This document shows positions 9,569-20,542 of a stretch of DNA of 64,000 nt, in pieces. The stretch comes from Sarcina sp. Lineage in GTDB: Bacteria > Bacillota > Clostridia > Clostridiales > Clostridiaceae. Position 1 is the stretch's first letter; every line of letters starts with the position of its first letter. The position numbers and the translations under genes are program-made. The stretch is taken from NCBI GenBank assembly GCA_051656585.1, contig JBOGCE010000009.1, positions 49,020-113,019 on the forward strand, written 5' to 3'. A model generated the notes under the pieces. The model saw only the letters and a program-made list of their open reading frames with translations. It had not been told where the DNA came from and made no database searches.

Positions 9569-10582
9569 ATGATAGTTATTTTAAAACCAAAAACAGAAGA
9601 AGTAGAGGTTAAAAAACTAGTCGATAAAATTCAAAGCTTAGGAGTAGACGTACAAGTGGTAAACGGAGAAGGAAAAAATATATTAGGATTAGTAGGCGAT
9701 ACAAGCAGAATTGATCCTAAAAAAATAGAGGCAAACGTAAATGTAGAAAGAGTTTGCAAAGTGCAAGAGCCTTATAAAAAGGCAAATAGAGTATTTCATC
9801 CAGAAAATTCAATATATGATATTTGTGGAAGAAAGGTTGGGGATAAGAAGTTAACTCTTATTGCTGGACCATGTTCTGTGGAAACACCAGAACAAATAAC
9901 AACAATTGCTAAGGAAGTTAAAGAAATTGGGGCAGGTTTCTTAAGAGGTGGAGCATTTAAACCAAGAACTTCGCCATATAGTTTCCAAGGATTAGAGATG
10001 GAAGGTTTAGAGCTATTAAAGCTTGCTAGAAAAGAAACAGGGCTTCCTATAGTTACAGAAATAATGTCAACAAGTATGATAGATAAGTTTGTTGATGATG
10101 TTGATGTAATTCAAGTTGGAGCTAGAAACATGCAAAACTTTGATTTATTAAAAGAACTTGGGAAGACTGATAAGCCAATTCTTTTAAAAAGAGGATTATC
10201 TGCTACAATAGAAGAATTTTTAATGTCAGCAGAATATATAATGGCAGGTGGAAATGAAAGAGTTATTCTTTGTGAAAGAGGAATTAGAACTTTTGAAACT
10301 TATACAAGAAATACTTTAGATTTAAGTGTAGTACCTGCTATTAAAAGACTAAGTCACTTACCAATAATAATAGATCCAAGTCATGCAGCAGGTATGAATT
10401 GGATGGTAGAACCATTATCAAAAGCTGCTGTAGCAGTTGGAGCGGATGGACTTATAATAGAAGTTCATAATGATCCTGATAATGCTTTATGTGACGGACA
10501 ACAATCTATAAAACCATCTGAGTATGCAAAGCTAGTTGATGATTTAAAACTTATCGCAAAAGCTGTAGATAGAGAGATATAA
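9569..10582 (+). CDS. aroF: 3-deoxy-7-phosphoheptulonate (DAHP) synthase, type I-beta with N-terminal ferredoxin-like regulatory domain
   Basis: [37 protein letters not shown] motifs. Confidence 0.95.
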   Translation: MIVILKPKTEEVEVKKLVDKIQSLGVDVQVVNGEGKNILGLVGDTSRIDPKKIEANVNVERVCKVQEPYKKANRVFHPENSIYDICGRKVGDKKLTLIAGPCSVETPEQITTIAKEVKEIGAGFLRGGAFKPRTSPYSFQGLEMEGLELLKLARKETGLPIVTEIMSTSMIDKFVDDVDVIQVGARNMQNFDLLKELGKTDKPILLKRGLSATIEEFLMSAEYIMAGGNERVILCERGIRTFETYTRNTLDLSVVPAIKRLSHLPIIIDPSHAAGMNWMVEPLSKAAVAVGADGLIIEVHNDPDNALCDGQQSIKPSEYAKLVDDLKLIAKAVDREI

Positions 10583-11640
10583 TGAGAAAGTTAAGAGTTA
10601 ACTTAGAAGAAAGAAGTTATGATATTTTAATACAAAATAAGCTTAGACAAAATTTATCAGGGCATATAAGAGAGGTATATAATGGTAATAAAATTGCCGT
10701 TATTACAGATACAAATTTATTTTCTATTTACGGAAAGGAAATAAAAGCTAACCTTGAAGAGAATGATTTTGAAGTTAAGTTTATAGTTATAGAAGCAGGG
10801 GAGAAAAGCAAAAGCTTTTCTTCACTGCTACCTATATATAATGAACTTTTGGAATTTAAGCTTACAAGAAGTGATTTGATTTTAACTTTAGGTGGTGGTG
10901 TTGTTGGTGATTTAGGTGGTTTTGTTGCATCAACATTTTTACGTGGGGTTAATTTTATACAGATGCCTACGTCTCTTTTAGCACAAGTTGATTCTAGCGT
11001 TGGAGGTAAAGTTGGAGTAGACTTAGAGGCAGGGAAAAATTTAGTAGGAAGTTTTTATCATCCTAAAAGAGTTTTAATAGATACAGAAATGCTTAATACT
11101 CTTAGTGAAAAGTTTTTTAATGACGGACTAGGTGAAGTGATTAAATATGGCTGTATTAAGGATAAAGAATTATTTAATCTTTTAGAAGATTTTGAAAATA
11201 AAGAAGAATTAAAAGATAATATAGATGATATTATTTTTACTTGCTGTGATATAAAAAGACAGGTTGTAGAAAATGATGAAAGGGATACTGGCGAAAGAAT
11301 GCTTTTAAACTTTGGTCATACTCTTGGTCATGCAATAGAGAAGTTCTATAACTTTGAAATTTATAGTCATGGTGAAGCAGTTGCGATTGGGATGTATCAA
11401 ATTACTGCTATGAGTGAAAAAAATGGAGAAACGAAGATGGGAACTGCAAAAAGAATAAAGAGTATATTAAATAAGTATGATTTACCATTTGAATGTGATG
11501 TGATTAATGATGGTAATGAACAACTTATAGAAGCTATTAAGCTTGATAAGAAAAACTTAAATGATAGTTTAAATATAATTTTGATTAGAAGTATTGGGGA
11601 GAGTTATATATATAAAACTACTTATGAGTATTTTAAGTAA
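10582..11640 (+). CDS. aroB: 3-dehydroquinate synthase
   Basis: [38 protein letters not shown] motifs. Confidence 0.96.
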   Translation: MRKLRVNLEERSYDILIQNKLRQNLSGHIREVYNGNKIAVITDTNLFSIYGKEIKANLEENDFEVKFIVIEAGEKSKSFSSLLPIYNELLEFKLTRSDLILTLGGGVVGDLGGFVASTFLRGVNFIQMPTSLLAQVDSSVGGKVGVDLEAGKNLVGSFYHPKRVLIDTEMLNTLSEKFFNDGLGEVIKYGCIKDKELFNLLEDFENKEELKDNIDDIIFTCCDIKRQVVENDERDTGERMLLNFGHTLGHAIEKFYNFEIYSHGEAVAIGMYQITAMSEKNGETKMGTAKRIKSILNKYDLPFECDVINDGNEQLIEAIKLDKKNLNDSLNIILIRSIGESYIYKTTYEYFK

Positions 11641-11654
11641 AGAGGGGCAAAGTG

Positions 11655-12941
11655 ATGACTGGTATAAAAATAAAAGGTAAAAAATTGGAAGGGACTGTGT
11701 CAGTTCCTCCTTCAAAAAGTATGGCACATAGAGCTGTTATATGTGCATCTCTTGCTAAAGGTGAAAGCATAATAAGTAATATAGACTTATCAGATGATAT
11801 TATTGCTACTATGGAAGCTATGAAATCTCTAGGGGCAAAGATTGATAAGATAGATAATAAAACATATAAAATAGATGGAAGTAACACATTTATGAATTTA
11901 CAAAATACAGTAATAGATTGTAATGAGTCAGGTTCTACTTTAAGATTTTTGGTTCCATTATCAATAGTTAAAGGAAATACTGTTAACTTTATTGGTAAAG
12001 GAAATCTAGGAAAAAGACCATTAGATATTTATTATGATATTTTCAAAAAGCAAGGAATAAAATATTCTTACGAAAATGATGTTTTAAATCTAAATATAAG
12101 TGGGCAGATAAAAGGAGAAATTTTCAATATTCTTGGAAATATTAGTTCTCAATTTATAAGTGGACTTATGTTTGCTTTACCTTTATTAGATAATGATTCT
12201 AAAATAATAATAACTACAGAACTTGAGTCAAAAGGATATTTAGATCTTACTTTATCTATGCTTGAAAGATTTGGTATTACTATTATAAATAATAATTATA
12301 AGGAATTTATAATATCAGGAAGACAAAAATATAAGCCATTTGATTATAGAGTAGAAGGTGATTATTCACAAGCTGCTTTTTATCTTGTAGCAGGTTTTTT
12401 AGGTAGTAAGGTTGGAATAAGAGACTTAGATCTTGAATCATTACAGGGTGATAAAGAGGCTATTGAAATTCTTGAAAATATGGGCGGAAGAATAGTTATA
12501 GAAAATAAAACTATAGGTGTTTGTAAATCGTCTGAAGAGGAATCTGTAATAGATGCATCAGGATGTCCAGATGTAATTCCTGTAATAGCAGTAGCAGCAG
12601 CACTTACAAAGGGAACAACAAAAATTATTAATGCGAAAAGACTTAGAATAAAAGAATGTGATAGACTTAGTGCAATTGCTATGGAACTTAATAAACTTGG
12701 TGCAAAAGTTTATGAATTTGAAGATAGCTTGGTAATTGAAGGTGTAGAGGTTCTAAATGGCTCAAGAGTATCAAGTCATGATGATCATAGAATAGCTATG
12801 AGTATGGCTATTGCATCAACTAAGTGTAATGGAGATATAATTTTAGATAATCCAAATTGTGTTTCAAAATCATATCCTGATTTTTGGAATGATTTTGAGA
12901 GTTTAGGAGGTGAGTTTAGTGAGTGGAACATGGGGGAATAA
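11655..12941 (+). CDS. aroA: 3-phosphoshikimate 1-carboxyvinyltransferase (EPSP synthase)
   Basis: PPSKSMAHRA, ESGSTLRF, SSQFISGL, KECDRL, DDHRIAM motifs. Confidence 0.96.
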   Translation: MTGIKIKGKKLEGTVSVPPSKSMAHRAVICASLAKGESIISNIDLSDDIIATMEAMKSLGAKIDKIDNKTYKIDGSNTFMNLQNTVIDCNESGSTLRFLVPLSIVKGNTVNFIGKGNLGKRPLDIYYDIFKKQGIKYSYENDVLNLNISGQIKGEIFNILGNISSQFISGLMFALPLLDNDSKIIITTELESKGYLDLTLSMLERFGITIINNNYKEFIISGRQKYKPFDYRVEGDYSQAAFYLVAGFLGSKVGIRDLDLESLQGDKEAIEILENMGGRIVIENKTIGVCKSSEEESVIDASGCPDVIPVIAVAAALTKGTTKIINAKRLRIKECDRLSAIAMELNKLGAKVYEFEDSLVIEGVEVLNGSRVSSHDDHRIAMSMAIASTKCNGDIILDNPNCVSKSYPDFWNDFESLGGEFSEWNMGE

Positions 12942-13998
12942 TATAGAGTTATCAATTTTTGGAGAATCTCATGGGAAGGCTATAGGTATTGTGATTAATG
13001 GTATTAAAGCTGGAACGAAGATAGATATGGAAAAAGTAGAACTAGAACTAGAAAGAAGAGCACCAGGGAGAGATAAACTTTCTACTGCAAGAAAAGAGGC
13101 TGATAAGCCTATTATTTTATCGGGAATTTTTGAAGGTATTGCAACAGGAACTCCTATTACAATGATGATAGAAAATAGTGATACAAGATCACGAGATTAT
13201 TCTAAAACTAAAGATTTAATGAGACCAGGACATGCTGATTATTCAGGGTTTGTTAGATATAATGGTTTTAATGATTACAGAGGTGGAGGACATTTTTCAG
13301 GAAGAATAACTGCACCATTAGTTTTTGCGGGGGCAATTGCAAAACAAGTTTTAGAGAGCAAAGGAATATTTATAGGTGCACATATAAAGTCAGTTGAATC
13401 TATTGAAGATTCATATTTTGATACAGTATCTTTAGACAAAGTGATTTTTGAAAATTTACTAAAAAAGGAATTACCTGTTTTAGATGATAGTAAAATAGAA
13501 TCTATTAAAGATGCAATAATGACAGCAAAAAAAGAAGCAGATTCTGTAGGTGGAGTTATAGAGACAGCAGTAATTGGATTAGAAGCTGGGGTAGGCTCAC
13601 CATTTTTTGACTCAGTAGAGAGTAAAATTGCCTCATTAGCTTTTTCAGTTCCAGCTGTTAAAGGTATAGAATTTGGTATGGGCTTTAATGTAACAAAGGT
13701 TAGAGGGTCAAAAGCAAATGATGAATATTATATACAAGATAAAAAAATAAAAGCTTATTCTAATAATAATGGAGGTATAATAGGTGGGATTACAAATGGT
13801 ATGCCTGTTATATACAGAGTTGCTATTAAGCCAACTGCGTCAATTAGCAAAGAGCAAAGAACTATTAATATAGCTAATATGGAAAATGAAACTATTAGAA
13901 TAGAAGGTAGACATGATCCTTGTATAGTTCAAAGAGCAGTAGTTGTTATAGAAGCGATAACAGCAATTGCGATATTAGAACTTTTAAGTGATAAGTAA
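12919..13998 (+). CDS. aroC: Chorismate synthase
   Basis: FGESHG, RPGHAD, GGGHFSGRITA, GRHDPC motifs; GTG at 12919 follows AGGAGG. Confidence 0.96.
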   Translation: MSGTWGNNIELSIFGESHGKAIGIVINGIKAGTKIDMEKVELELERRAPGRDKLSTARKEADKPIILSGIFEGIATGTPITMMIENSDTRSRDYSKTKDLMRPGHADYSGFVRYNGFNDYRGGGHFSGRITAPLVFAGAIAKQVLESKGIFIGAHIKSVESIEDSYFDTVSLDKVIFENLLKKELPVLDDSKIESIKDAIMTAKKEADSVGGVIETAVIGLEAGVGSPFFDSVESKIASLAFSVPAVKGIEFGMGFNVTKVRGSKANDEYYIQDKKIKAYSNNNGGIIGGITNGMPVIYRVAIKPTASISKEQRTINIANMENETIRIEGRHDPCIVQRAVVVIEAITAIAILELLSDK

Positions 13999-14037
13999 AA
14001 TATTTTTATCAAGTTGTATGATAAAGGAGAAATAGGG

Positions 14038-15153
14038 ATGAAAGATTTAAGCTATTGTAGAAAGCGAATAGATGAGATAGATGAAAAACTGATGGAACTT
14101 TTTGAAGAGAGAATGAATATAGTGGTAGATGTTGCAAGGTACAAAGCACAAAATAATTTACCTATATTTCATAAAGATAGGGAAGATGAAGTAATTAGAA
14201 AAAATGTTGATAGAATTAAAAGTAATGCATTGAAGAAACATGCTGAAAAAATGTTACATGAACTTATGGATATAAGTAAAGACTATCAATGTGAAAATAT
14301 AGGTAAAAGAGAGGCCGCTTTATCTAAAGGAAGAGAAGTTAAGTTAGGATTTCAAGGTGATTTAGGTTCTTTTGGAGAAGAGGCGTTGATTAAATATTTT
14401 GGAGAGGGCTATGAAAAAACAAATTATGAAGAATTTGAAGATATTTTTGTAGCATTGAAATTTTTTGAGATAGATTATGGTGTGTTGCCTATTGAAAATT
14501 CATCAACAGGTTCAATCACAAAAGTATATGATTTGTTAAAAAAATATAATTTCCATATAGTTGGAGAAACTCAGCTTAAAATAGAACAAAATCTTTTAGG
14601 TATAAAGGGATCAAAAATAAGTGATTTGAAAGAAATTTACTCACATAGTCAAGGCTTTGAACAAAGTAGTGAGTATTTAAAAACTCTTACAAATGTTAAA
14701 AATATACCTTATCACAACACAGCTATTAGTGCTAAATATGTGAGCGAATGTAAAGATAAGACTAAAGGTGCTATTGCAGGACTTAGAGCTGCTAAAATTT
14801 ATAATTTAGAGATTTTAAAAAGGGATATTAACAATGCAAAAGAAAATAATACAAGATTTGTGATTATAGGTAGAGATTTAGAGTCTAATGAACTTTGTGA
14901 TAAACTTACAATAGCTTTTTCTGTATTGAATAAAGCAGGGAGTTTGTATAAGCAACTAGAAGTTTTTTCAGAAAAAGGTATTAATATGATAAAGATAGAA
15001 TCTAGACCTATGGGGAATGGATCATTCAATTATTTCTTTTATGTAGATATTGATGGAAATATAGATAATATAGAAGTTAAAGAGGCTTTGGATATTATTA
15101 AAAATTCAACTGAAGATTTTAGAATATTAGGAGCATATAAAAGACAAGGATAG
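14038..15153 (+). CDS. pheA: Chorismate mutase / prephenate dehydratase
   Basis: N-terminal CM (RKRIDEIDEKL), PIENSSTG, NNTRFVI, ACT domain with IESRP. Confidence 0.93.
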   Translation: MKDLSYCRKRIDEIDEKLMELFEERMNIVVDVARYKAQNNLPIFHKDREDEVIRKNVDRIKSNALKKHAEKMLHELMDISKDYQCENIGKREAALSKGREVKLGFQGDLGSFGEEALIKYFGEGYEKTNYEEFEDIFVALKFFEIDYGVLPIENSSTGSITKVYDLLKKYNFHIVGETQLKIEQNLLGIKGSKISDLKEIYSHSQGFEQSSEYLKTLTNVKNIPYHNTAISAKYVSECKDKTKGAIAGLRAAKIYNLEILKRDINNAKENNTRFVIIGRDLESNELCDKLTIAFSVLNKAGSLYKQLEVFSEKGINMIKIESRPMGNGSFNYFFYVDIDGNIDNIEVKEALDIIKNSTEDFRILGAYKRQG

Positions 15154-15165
15154 AGGTGTTCGAAA

Positions 15166-15984
15166 GTGAAAGTTTTTGGTTTAATAGGTGAAAAGTTAGG
15201 ACACAGTTTATCTCCAAATATACATGAGGATTTATATGAGCATTTAAATATGAATGCAAAATATAATTTATTTCCTATTGATAAGGAGAATATAAAAAAT
15301 GCTGTAAGTAGTTTAAAGGTATTAGGAATTACAGGGGTTAATGTTACAATTCCATATAAAGAGATAGTGATGGAACAGTTAGATTATATATCTGATGAGG
15401 CTAAAAAAATAGGTGCTATAAATACTATTCTTATAAAAGATAATAAAACATATGGATATAACACTGATTATTATGGTTTTAAATCTATGCTAGATAAGGA
15501 TAATGTTATTATAGAAGGTAATGAATTTTATGTTTTAGGATCTGGAGGAGCAGCAAAAGCTATAATACAATGTCTTTTAGATTTTGCTGCTAGTAAAGTA
15601 GTTGTTGTATCAAGAGATAGAAGCCAAGCACAAAAAAAATTCACAGATAAAAGATTAGATTTTATAACATATGAAGATTTAAGGTTTATAAAAAAATCTT
15701 ATGCAGTAGTGAATACAACACCTTGTGGAATGTATCCTAAGATAGATACTAGCCCTATAGAAAAAGATATATTATCAAAGTTTGGACTAGCTATAGATAT
15801 AGTCTATAATCCTGAAGAAACAAAGTTTTTAAAAGACTCTAAATTAGAGGGGCTAAAAATAGTAAAAGGTCTTTATATGCTTGTTGCACAAGCTATGAAG
15901 TCAGAAGAAATATGGAATGATATTAATATTTCTAATGAAATAGAAAATAATATTTTTGAAAAGCTTGCAGTTAAATTCAGATAA
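15166..15984 (+). CDS. aroE: Shikimate dehydrogenase
   Basis: HSLSP, NVTIPYK, GAINT, NTDYYG, GSGGAA motifs. Confidence 0.95.
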   Translation: MKVFGLIGEKLGHSLSPNIHEDLYEHLNMNAKYNLFPIDKENIKNAVSSLKVLGITGVNVTIPYKEIVMEQLDYISDEAKKIGAINTILIKDNKTYGYNTDYYGFKSMLDKDNVIIEGNEFYVLGSGGAAKAIIQCLLDFAASKVVVVSRDRSQAQKKFTDKRLDFITYEDLRFIKKSYAVVNTTPCGMYPKIDTSPIEKDILSKFGLAIDIVYNPEETKFLKDSKLEGLKIVKGLYMLVAQAMKSEEIWNDINISNEIENNIFEKLAVKFR

Positions 15985-15999
15985 AGGAAGTGCTAAAGT

Positions 16000-16497
16000 A
16001 TGACTAAAGGTATAGTACTAATTGGAATGCCTGGTTGTGGTAAAACAACTCTAGGGTTTGAAGTGGCAAAAAAGCTTAATTTAAAATTTATTGATATGGA
16101 TGATTTTATAGAAAGAAGTACTAAAAAGAGTATTGTTGAAATTTTTGAAAAAGATGGAGAAGAAATATTTAGACACTATGAAACTAAAACGTGTGAAGTT
16201 TTATCTAGACTTGATAATGTTTTGATTTCTACTGGTGGTGGAGTTGTTAAAAGAGCTGAAAATATGGCATATTATGATTCTTTTACAAAAGTATTTATAA
16301 ATAGGCCTTTAGAACTTATTCTTTCAGATGTAGATATGCAGAGTAGACCTCTTTTAAAGGATGGGAAAGAAAAGCTAATAACATTGTATAGAGAAAGAAT
16401 AGATTTATATAATCAGTTTGCTGATATAATTGTAATTAATGATGGAGATATAGAAACTATAGTAGATGAAGTTATATCAAAAGTAACTAGTATGTAG
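16000..16497 (+). CDS. aroK: Shikimate kinase
   Basis: GMPGCGKTT P-loop and STGGG motif. Confidence 0.95.
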   Translation: MTKGIVLIGMPGCGKTTLGFEVAKKLNLKFIDMDDFIERSTKKSIVEIFEKDGEEIFRHYETKTCEVLSRLDNVLISTGGGVVKRAENMAYYDSFTKVFINRPLELILSDVDMQSRPLLKDGKEKLITLYRERIDLYNQFADIIVINDGDIETIVDEVISKVTSM

Positions 16498-16566
16498 CTA
16501 TGTGAAAAATTTTATAAATAGAGAAATTTTTAGTGAATTAAAATAGATAGTATAGTAGGTGAGGAT

Positions 16567-17007
16567 ATGAAGATTAAACTTATAAATGGACCTAATTTAA
16601 ATCTTTTGGGGATAAGAGAGAAGAATATTTATGGTAAAAAAGATTTTAATGATATTGTTAATGAAGTAGTTTTAGAGGGGAAAAAATTAGGGCATGAAAT
16701 AGTTAGTTTTCAGAGCAATATAGAAGGTGAAATTATAAATGAAATACATAATGCTTATTTTGATAAGTATGATGGAATTATAATTAATCCGGGTGCATAT
16801 ACACATTATAGCATTGCTATATATGATGCTTTGAAAGGTGTAGATATACCAACAGTGGAGGTTCATCTTAGTAATATTCATAAAAGGGAAGAGTTTAGAC
16901 ATAAGTCAGTAATAGCACCAGCATGTATAGGACAAATTTGTGGTTTTGGTGATTATGGATATATTTTAGGTATTAAGGCTTTAGAAAATTATATTAAAAA
17001 TAAATAA
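16567..17007 (+). CDS. aroQ: Type II 3-dehydroquinate dehydratase
   Basis: NGPNLNLLGIRE..IYG, INPGAYTHYS, EVHLSNIH motifs. Confidence 0.96.
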   Translation: MKIKLINGPNLNLLGIREKNIYGKKDFNDIVNEVVLEGKKLGHEIVSFQSNIEGEIINEIHNAYFDKYDGIIINPGAYTHYSIAIYDALKGVDIPTVEVHLSNIHKREEFRHKSVIAPACIGQICGFGDYGYILGIKALENYIKNK

Positions 17008-17046
17008 AAGAATATGTATATTCAATTAGATAAGGGGGAGTTTTTA

Positions 17047-17886
17047 ATGAATATAACATTAGTTGGACTTGGTGTCATAGGGGGCTCTATAGGTCTTAGT
17101 TTACGAGGAAAAATATATGGGGTTAATGTTTTTGGAATTGATCTTAATAGTGAAACGATAGAAAAAGCTTTTGAATTAGGTATTATAGAAGAGGGTGCTA
17201 TTAGTGATACATCTGAAGCTGATGAACTAATAAGTAGCTCTGATATTATAATTTTAAGTATTTATCCAGAAGATATAAAAATATTCATGAATAAATATAA
17301 AGATTGTTTTAAAGAAAATACAATAGTAATTGATACATCAGGTGTTAAAAACAAAGTGGTTAATTTAGAAATTCCAAAAAATGTTGATTTCGTTTTAGTT
17401 CATCCTATGGCTGGAAGAGAAAAAAAAGGAATAGAATTTGCATCAAGGAAAGTTTTCATAGGGGCAAATTTTATTATTACTAAAACGCCTAATAATAAGG
17501 ATGAAAATATAGAGCAAGTTAAATATTTAGCTCAAAAGATGGGATTTACTAATGTTGTAGAGACTACAGTTGAAACTCATGATGATATTATAGCATTTAC
17601 AAGTCAATTACCACATGCAATTGCTGTTGCCTTAGTAAATAGTGATAATTTGACTATAAATACAGGTTCTTTTACTGGGGATTCATATAAAGAAATAACT
17701 AGAATAGCAAATATAAATGAAATACTATGGAGTCAGTTATTTTTAAGTAATAAAGAAAATTTGCTTACAAAAATAGAATGTTTTGAGAAATCTCTAGATC
17801 AAATTAAAAATGCGTTAAAGAATGAGGATGAAAAAATTCTAAAAGAATTATTTGTAAATGCAGCAGAAAAAAGAAAAAAGTTATAA
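17047..17886 (+). CDS. tyrA: Prephenate dehydrogenase
   Basis: GLGVIGGS Rossmann motif, HPMAGRE, HDDIIAFTSQLPH. Confidence 0.93.
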   Translation: MNITLVGLGVIGGSIGLSLRGKIYGVNVFGIDLNSETIEKAFELGIIEEGAISDTSEADELISSSDIIILSIYPEDIKIFMNKYKDCFKENTIVIDTSGVKNKVVNLEIPKNVDFVLVHPMAGREKKGIEFASRKVFIGANFIITKTPNNKDENIEQVKYLAQKMGFTNVVETTVETHDDIIAFTSQLPHAIAVALVNSDNLTINTGSFTGDSYKEITRIANINEILWSQLFLSNKENLLTKIECFEKSLDQIKNALKNEDEKILKELFVNAAEKRKKL

Positions 17887-18094
17887 TATACAAAAAAATG
17901 CTTTAAATTCTAAAAAATCTATAATATAATATTTTTTAACAATATTTTGAAATTGTTGAGAATAGTAATTTAAATAAATATTATGCAAATATAAATATTT
18001 GATGTTAAGATTAGAAGTGGCTATAGTTTGAGAGACTATAGCCAATGGTTTCTAAAATTTATTAGAGTTTTAGTTAAAGCTAGGAGGAAATTTA

Positions 18095-18949
18095 ATGGCA
18101 ATAAAAATTATAACCGATAGTACAAGCTATATCCCAAAAGAGTACATAGACAAATATGATATAAGAATAGTTTCTCTTAATGTGATAATGGATGGTGTAA
18201 GTGAGAGAGAAGTAGAAGTTGATGACGAGGAATTTTACAGAAAACTTGCTGTTGTAGGGAAGTTTCCAACATCATCTCAACCAGCTATGGATGAATTTGA
18301 AAATACATTTTTAGATGTAGCTAAAAATGGAGATGATATTCTTGGGATATTCTTATCATCAAAAATGAGTGGAACTTATTCAACAGCACATCTTATAAAA
18401 GAGATGGTTAAGGAAAAGTATCCTAATACAAATATAGAAATTGTTGATAGTATGAATACAACTATGAGTATGGGATTTTTAGTTGTAGAAGCAGCAAAAT
18501 TAGCAACAGAAACTGATAAAAGTTTAGAAGAAATAAAAGTATATATAGAAGATATGAAAAAAAGAACGGATATTATGTTTATACCAGGTTCTTTAAATCA
18601 TTTAAAAAAAGGTGGAAGAATAGGTGCAGCATCAGCGTTAATAGGGAGTATTTTAAGGATAACTCCTATTTTACATGTTGTTGATGGATCAGTAGAAGTA
18701 TTAGATAAGATAAGAACCCATAAGAAAGCAGTAAATAAAATGTTTGAAATAGTTACTGAGTTTAAAAATAATGATAATTTAGGGGATGCTGTAGTATATC
18801 ATATTTTAAATGAAGAAGAGGCTATTCAAATGAGAGATAGACTAAAAGAAGAATTAGGAGTTGATTGCCATATAATGGATATAGGACCTATAATAGGTTT
18901 ACATGTAGGGCCTAAAAGTGTAGGAATAGCATATTACACAAAAAAATAA
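18095..18949 (+). CDS. DegV family fatty-acid-binding protein
   Basis: IITDSTS, PTSSQP, LSSKMSGTY, LKKGGRIG, HVGP motifs. Confidence 0.93.
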   Translation: MAIKIITDSTSYIPKEYIDKYDIRIVSLNVIMDGVSEREVEVDDEEFYRKLAVVGKFPTSSQPAMDEFENTFLDVAKNGDDILGIFLSSKMSGTYSTAHLIKEMVKEKYPNTNIEIVDSMNTTMSMGFLVVEAAKLATETDKSLEEIKVYIEDMKKRTDIMFIPGSLNHLKKGGRIGAASALIGSILRITPILHVVDGSVEVLDKIRTHKKAVNKMFEIVTEFKNNDNLGDAVVYHILNEEEAIQMRDRLKEELGVDCHIMDIGPIIGLHVGPKSVGIAYYTKK

Positions 18950-19155
18950 ATGAATTGTAAAAAAGTGATAAAATCAAAATTTTATCGCTTTTTTTATGTT
19001 TTAATTAAAAATAATCGAGTTTTTTATTTTTTAATTTTAATATTTAGAATTTTACTATAACAATCAATAAATGATATTATATATTAATTGATATTTATTA
19101 TTAATTAGTGTTGATAATTTTGAGGGTGTATGATATTATTTAGTTAATTAATAAA

Positions 19156-19170
19156 TGAGAATGAATTTCA
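19156..19170. promoter_or_regulatory. Possible Fur/PerR-type box upstream of the NRAMP-like gene
   Basis: TGAGAAT-G-AATTTCA, an imperfect match to the 7-1-7 TGATAAT-N-ATTATCA repeat; the region is AT-rich. Confidence 0.35.
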
Positions 19171-19221
19171 AATAAAAATGAATTGAGAAATAGATTATTA
19201 GGAACGAAAGGAATGATTTTT

Positions 19222-20484
19222 ATGGAAGCGAAAATGAAGGCCAAAGAGATAAAACCAATAAAATTAAATAGACGTAGGTGGTTAGCACTCTTAGCAACTA
19301 TAGGACCAGGATTAACAGTAATGTTAGCTGACACTGATGCTGGTTCTGTTATCACAGCAGCACAATCAGGAGCTCAATGGGGATATAAATTACTAGCATT
19401 GCAGGTTATTTTAATACCTATTCTATATTTTGTTCAGGAACTGACAAATAGACTTGGAATATCAACAGGTAAAGGACATGGTGAACTTATAAGAGATACT
19501 TTCGGAAAGTATTGGGAGTGGTTTTCAGTATTAACATTATTGGTAGCTGTTATAGGGGCATTAGTTACAGAATTTACAGGAATACTTGGTGTTGGTTTAT
19601 TATTTGGTATATCTAAATGGATTACAGTTCCATTAGCAGCAGTAGGACTTATTCTTATATCAACTCTTGGAAAGTATAAAAGAGTTGAAAAAATAGCAAT
19701 ATTAGTAGGTTTATTTGAGTTAGTATTTATAGTAGCAGCTTTTTTTGCAAAACCAGATATGCATGAGGTTGTGTCACAAATGGGTAATCAACCACTAGGA
19801 AGTGGTGCTTATTGGCTTTTAATATCAGCTAATGTTGGAGCTGTAATAATGCCTTGGATGATATTTTATCAACAAAGTGCAGTGGTAGAAAAAAAATTAA
19901 CAAAAGATAAAATTAAATTTTCAAGAATTGATACAATGATAGGATCAGTTGTAACACAAGTAATAATGGGAGCTGTATTAGTTTTAGTAGCAGCAACTAT
20001 TGGTAAGACAAATCCTAATGCACCTTTAAATAGTGTACAACAAATTGTAAATTCAATTACACCATTTGTAGGTTCATTTGCAGGAAAAACATTATTTGCA
20101 ATAGGAATGGTTGGTGCAGCTCTAATAGCTGCAATAGTAGTTTCTTTAGCGATATCATGGTCTTTAGGTGAGATGTTACAAATTCCTTGTAGCTTAGATA
20201 ACTCTTGGAAGGAAGCACCTGTTTTTTATAGTATATATACAGCTGTAGTAATAATTTCAGCTATTATAGTTTTATCAGGAATGTCATTGATACAATTAAC
20301 TATTTGGGTGGAAATATTAAATTCATTGCTTCTTCCTATAGTACTAGGATTCTTAATTGCACTTGGATTTAAAGCATTACCTAAAGAATTTGCATTAAAA
20401 TATTGGGAAAAAGTAGTTCTTATTATAATTTATGTAGCTACTTGTGGGCTTGGTATTTTAACAGCTATAAATGTATTTATCTAA
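19222..20484 (+). CDS. NRAMP-related divalent metal cation transporter
   Basis: GPG...DTDAGS (TM1), GAQWGY, GAVIMPWMIFYQQS (TM6); many TM segments. Confidence 0.85.
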   Translation: MEAKMKAKEIKPIKLNRRRWLALLATIGPGLTVMLADTDAGSVITAAQSGAQWGYKLLALQVILIPILYFVQELTNRLGISTGKGHGELIRDTFGKYWEWFSVLTLLVAVIGALVTEFTGILGVGLLFGISKWITVPLAAVGLILISTLGKYKRVEKIAILVGLFELVFIVAAFFAKPDMHEVVSQMGNQPLGSGAYWLLISANVGAVIMPWMIFYQQSAVVEKKLTKDKIKFSRIDTMIGSVVTQVIMGAVLVLVAATIGKTNPNAPLNSVQQIVNSITPFVGSFAGKTLFAIGMVGAALIAAIVVSLAISWSLGEMLQIPCSLDNSWKEAPVFYSIYTAVVIISAIIVLSGMSLIQLTIWVEILNSLLLPIVLGFLIALGFKALPKEFALKYWEKVVLIIIYVATCGLGILTAINVFI

Positions 20485-20542
20485 AAACATTAAAAATGCT
20501 TATTGTAAGTAAAAAATTACTGTACAATAAGCATTTTTAAAT

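Noticed and set aside
18018-18044. 10-bp hairpin (tggctatagt/actatagcca) upstream of the DegV gene as a riboswitch
   Set aside because: A single hairpin with no alternative pairing or known aptamer motif; more likely a weak aro-operon terminator or a stabiliser.
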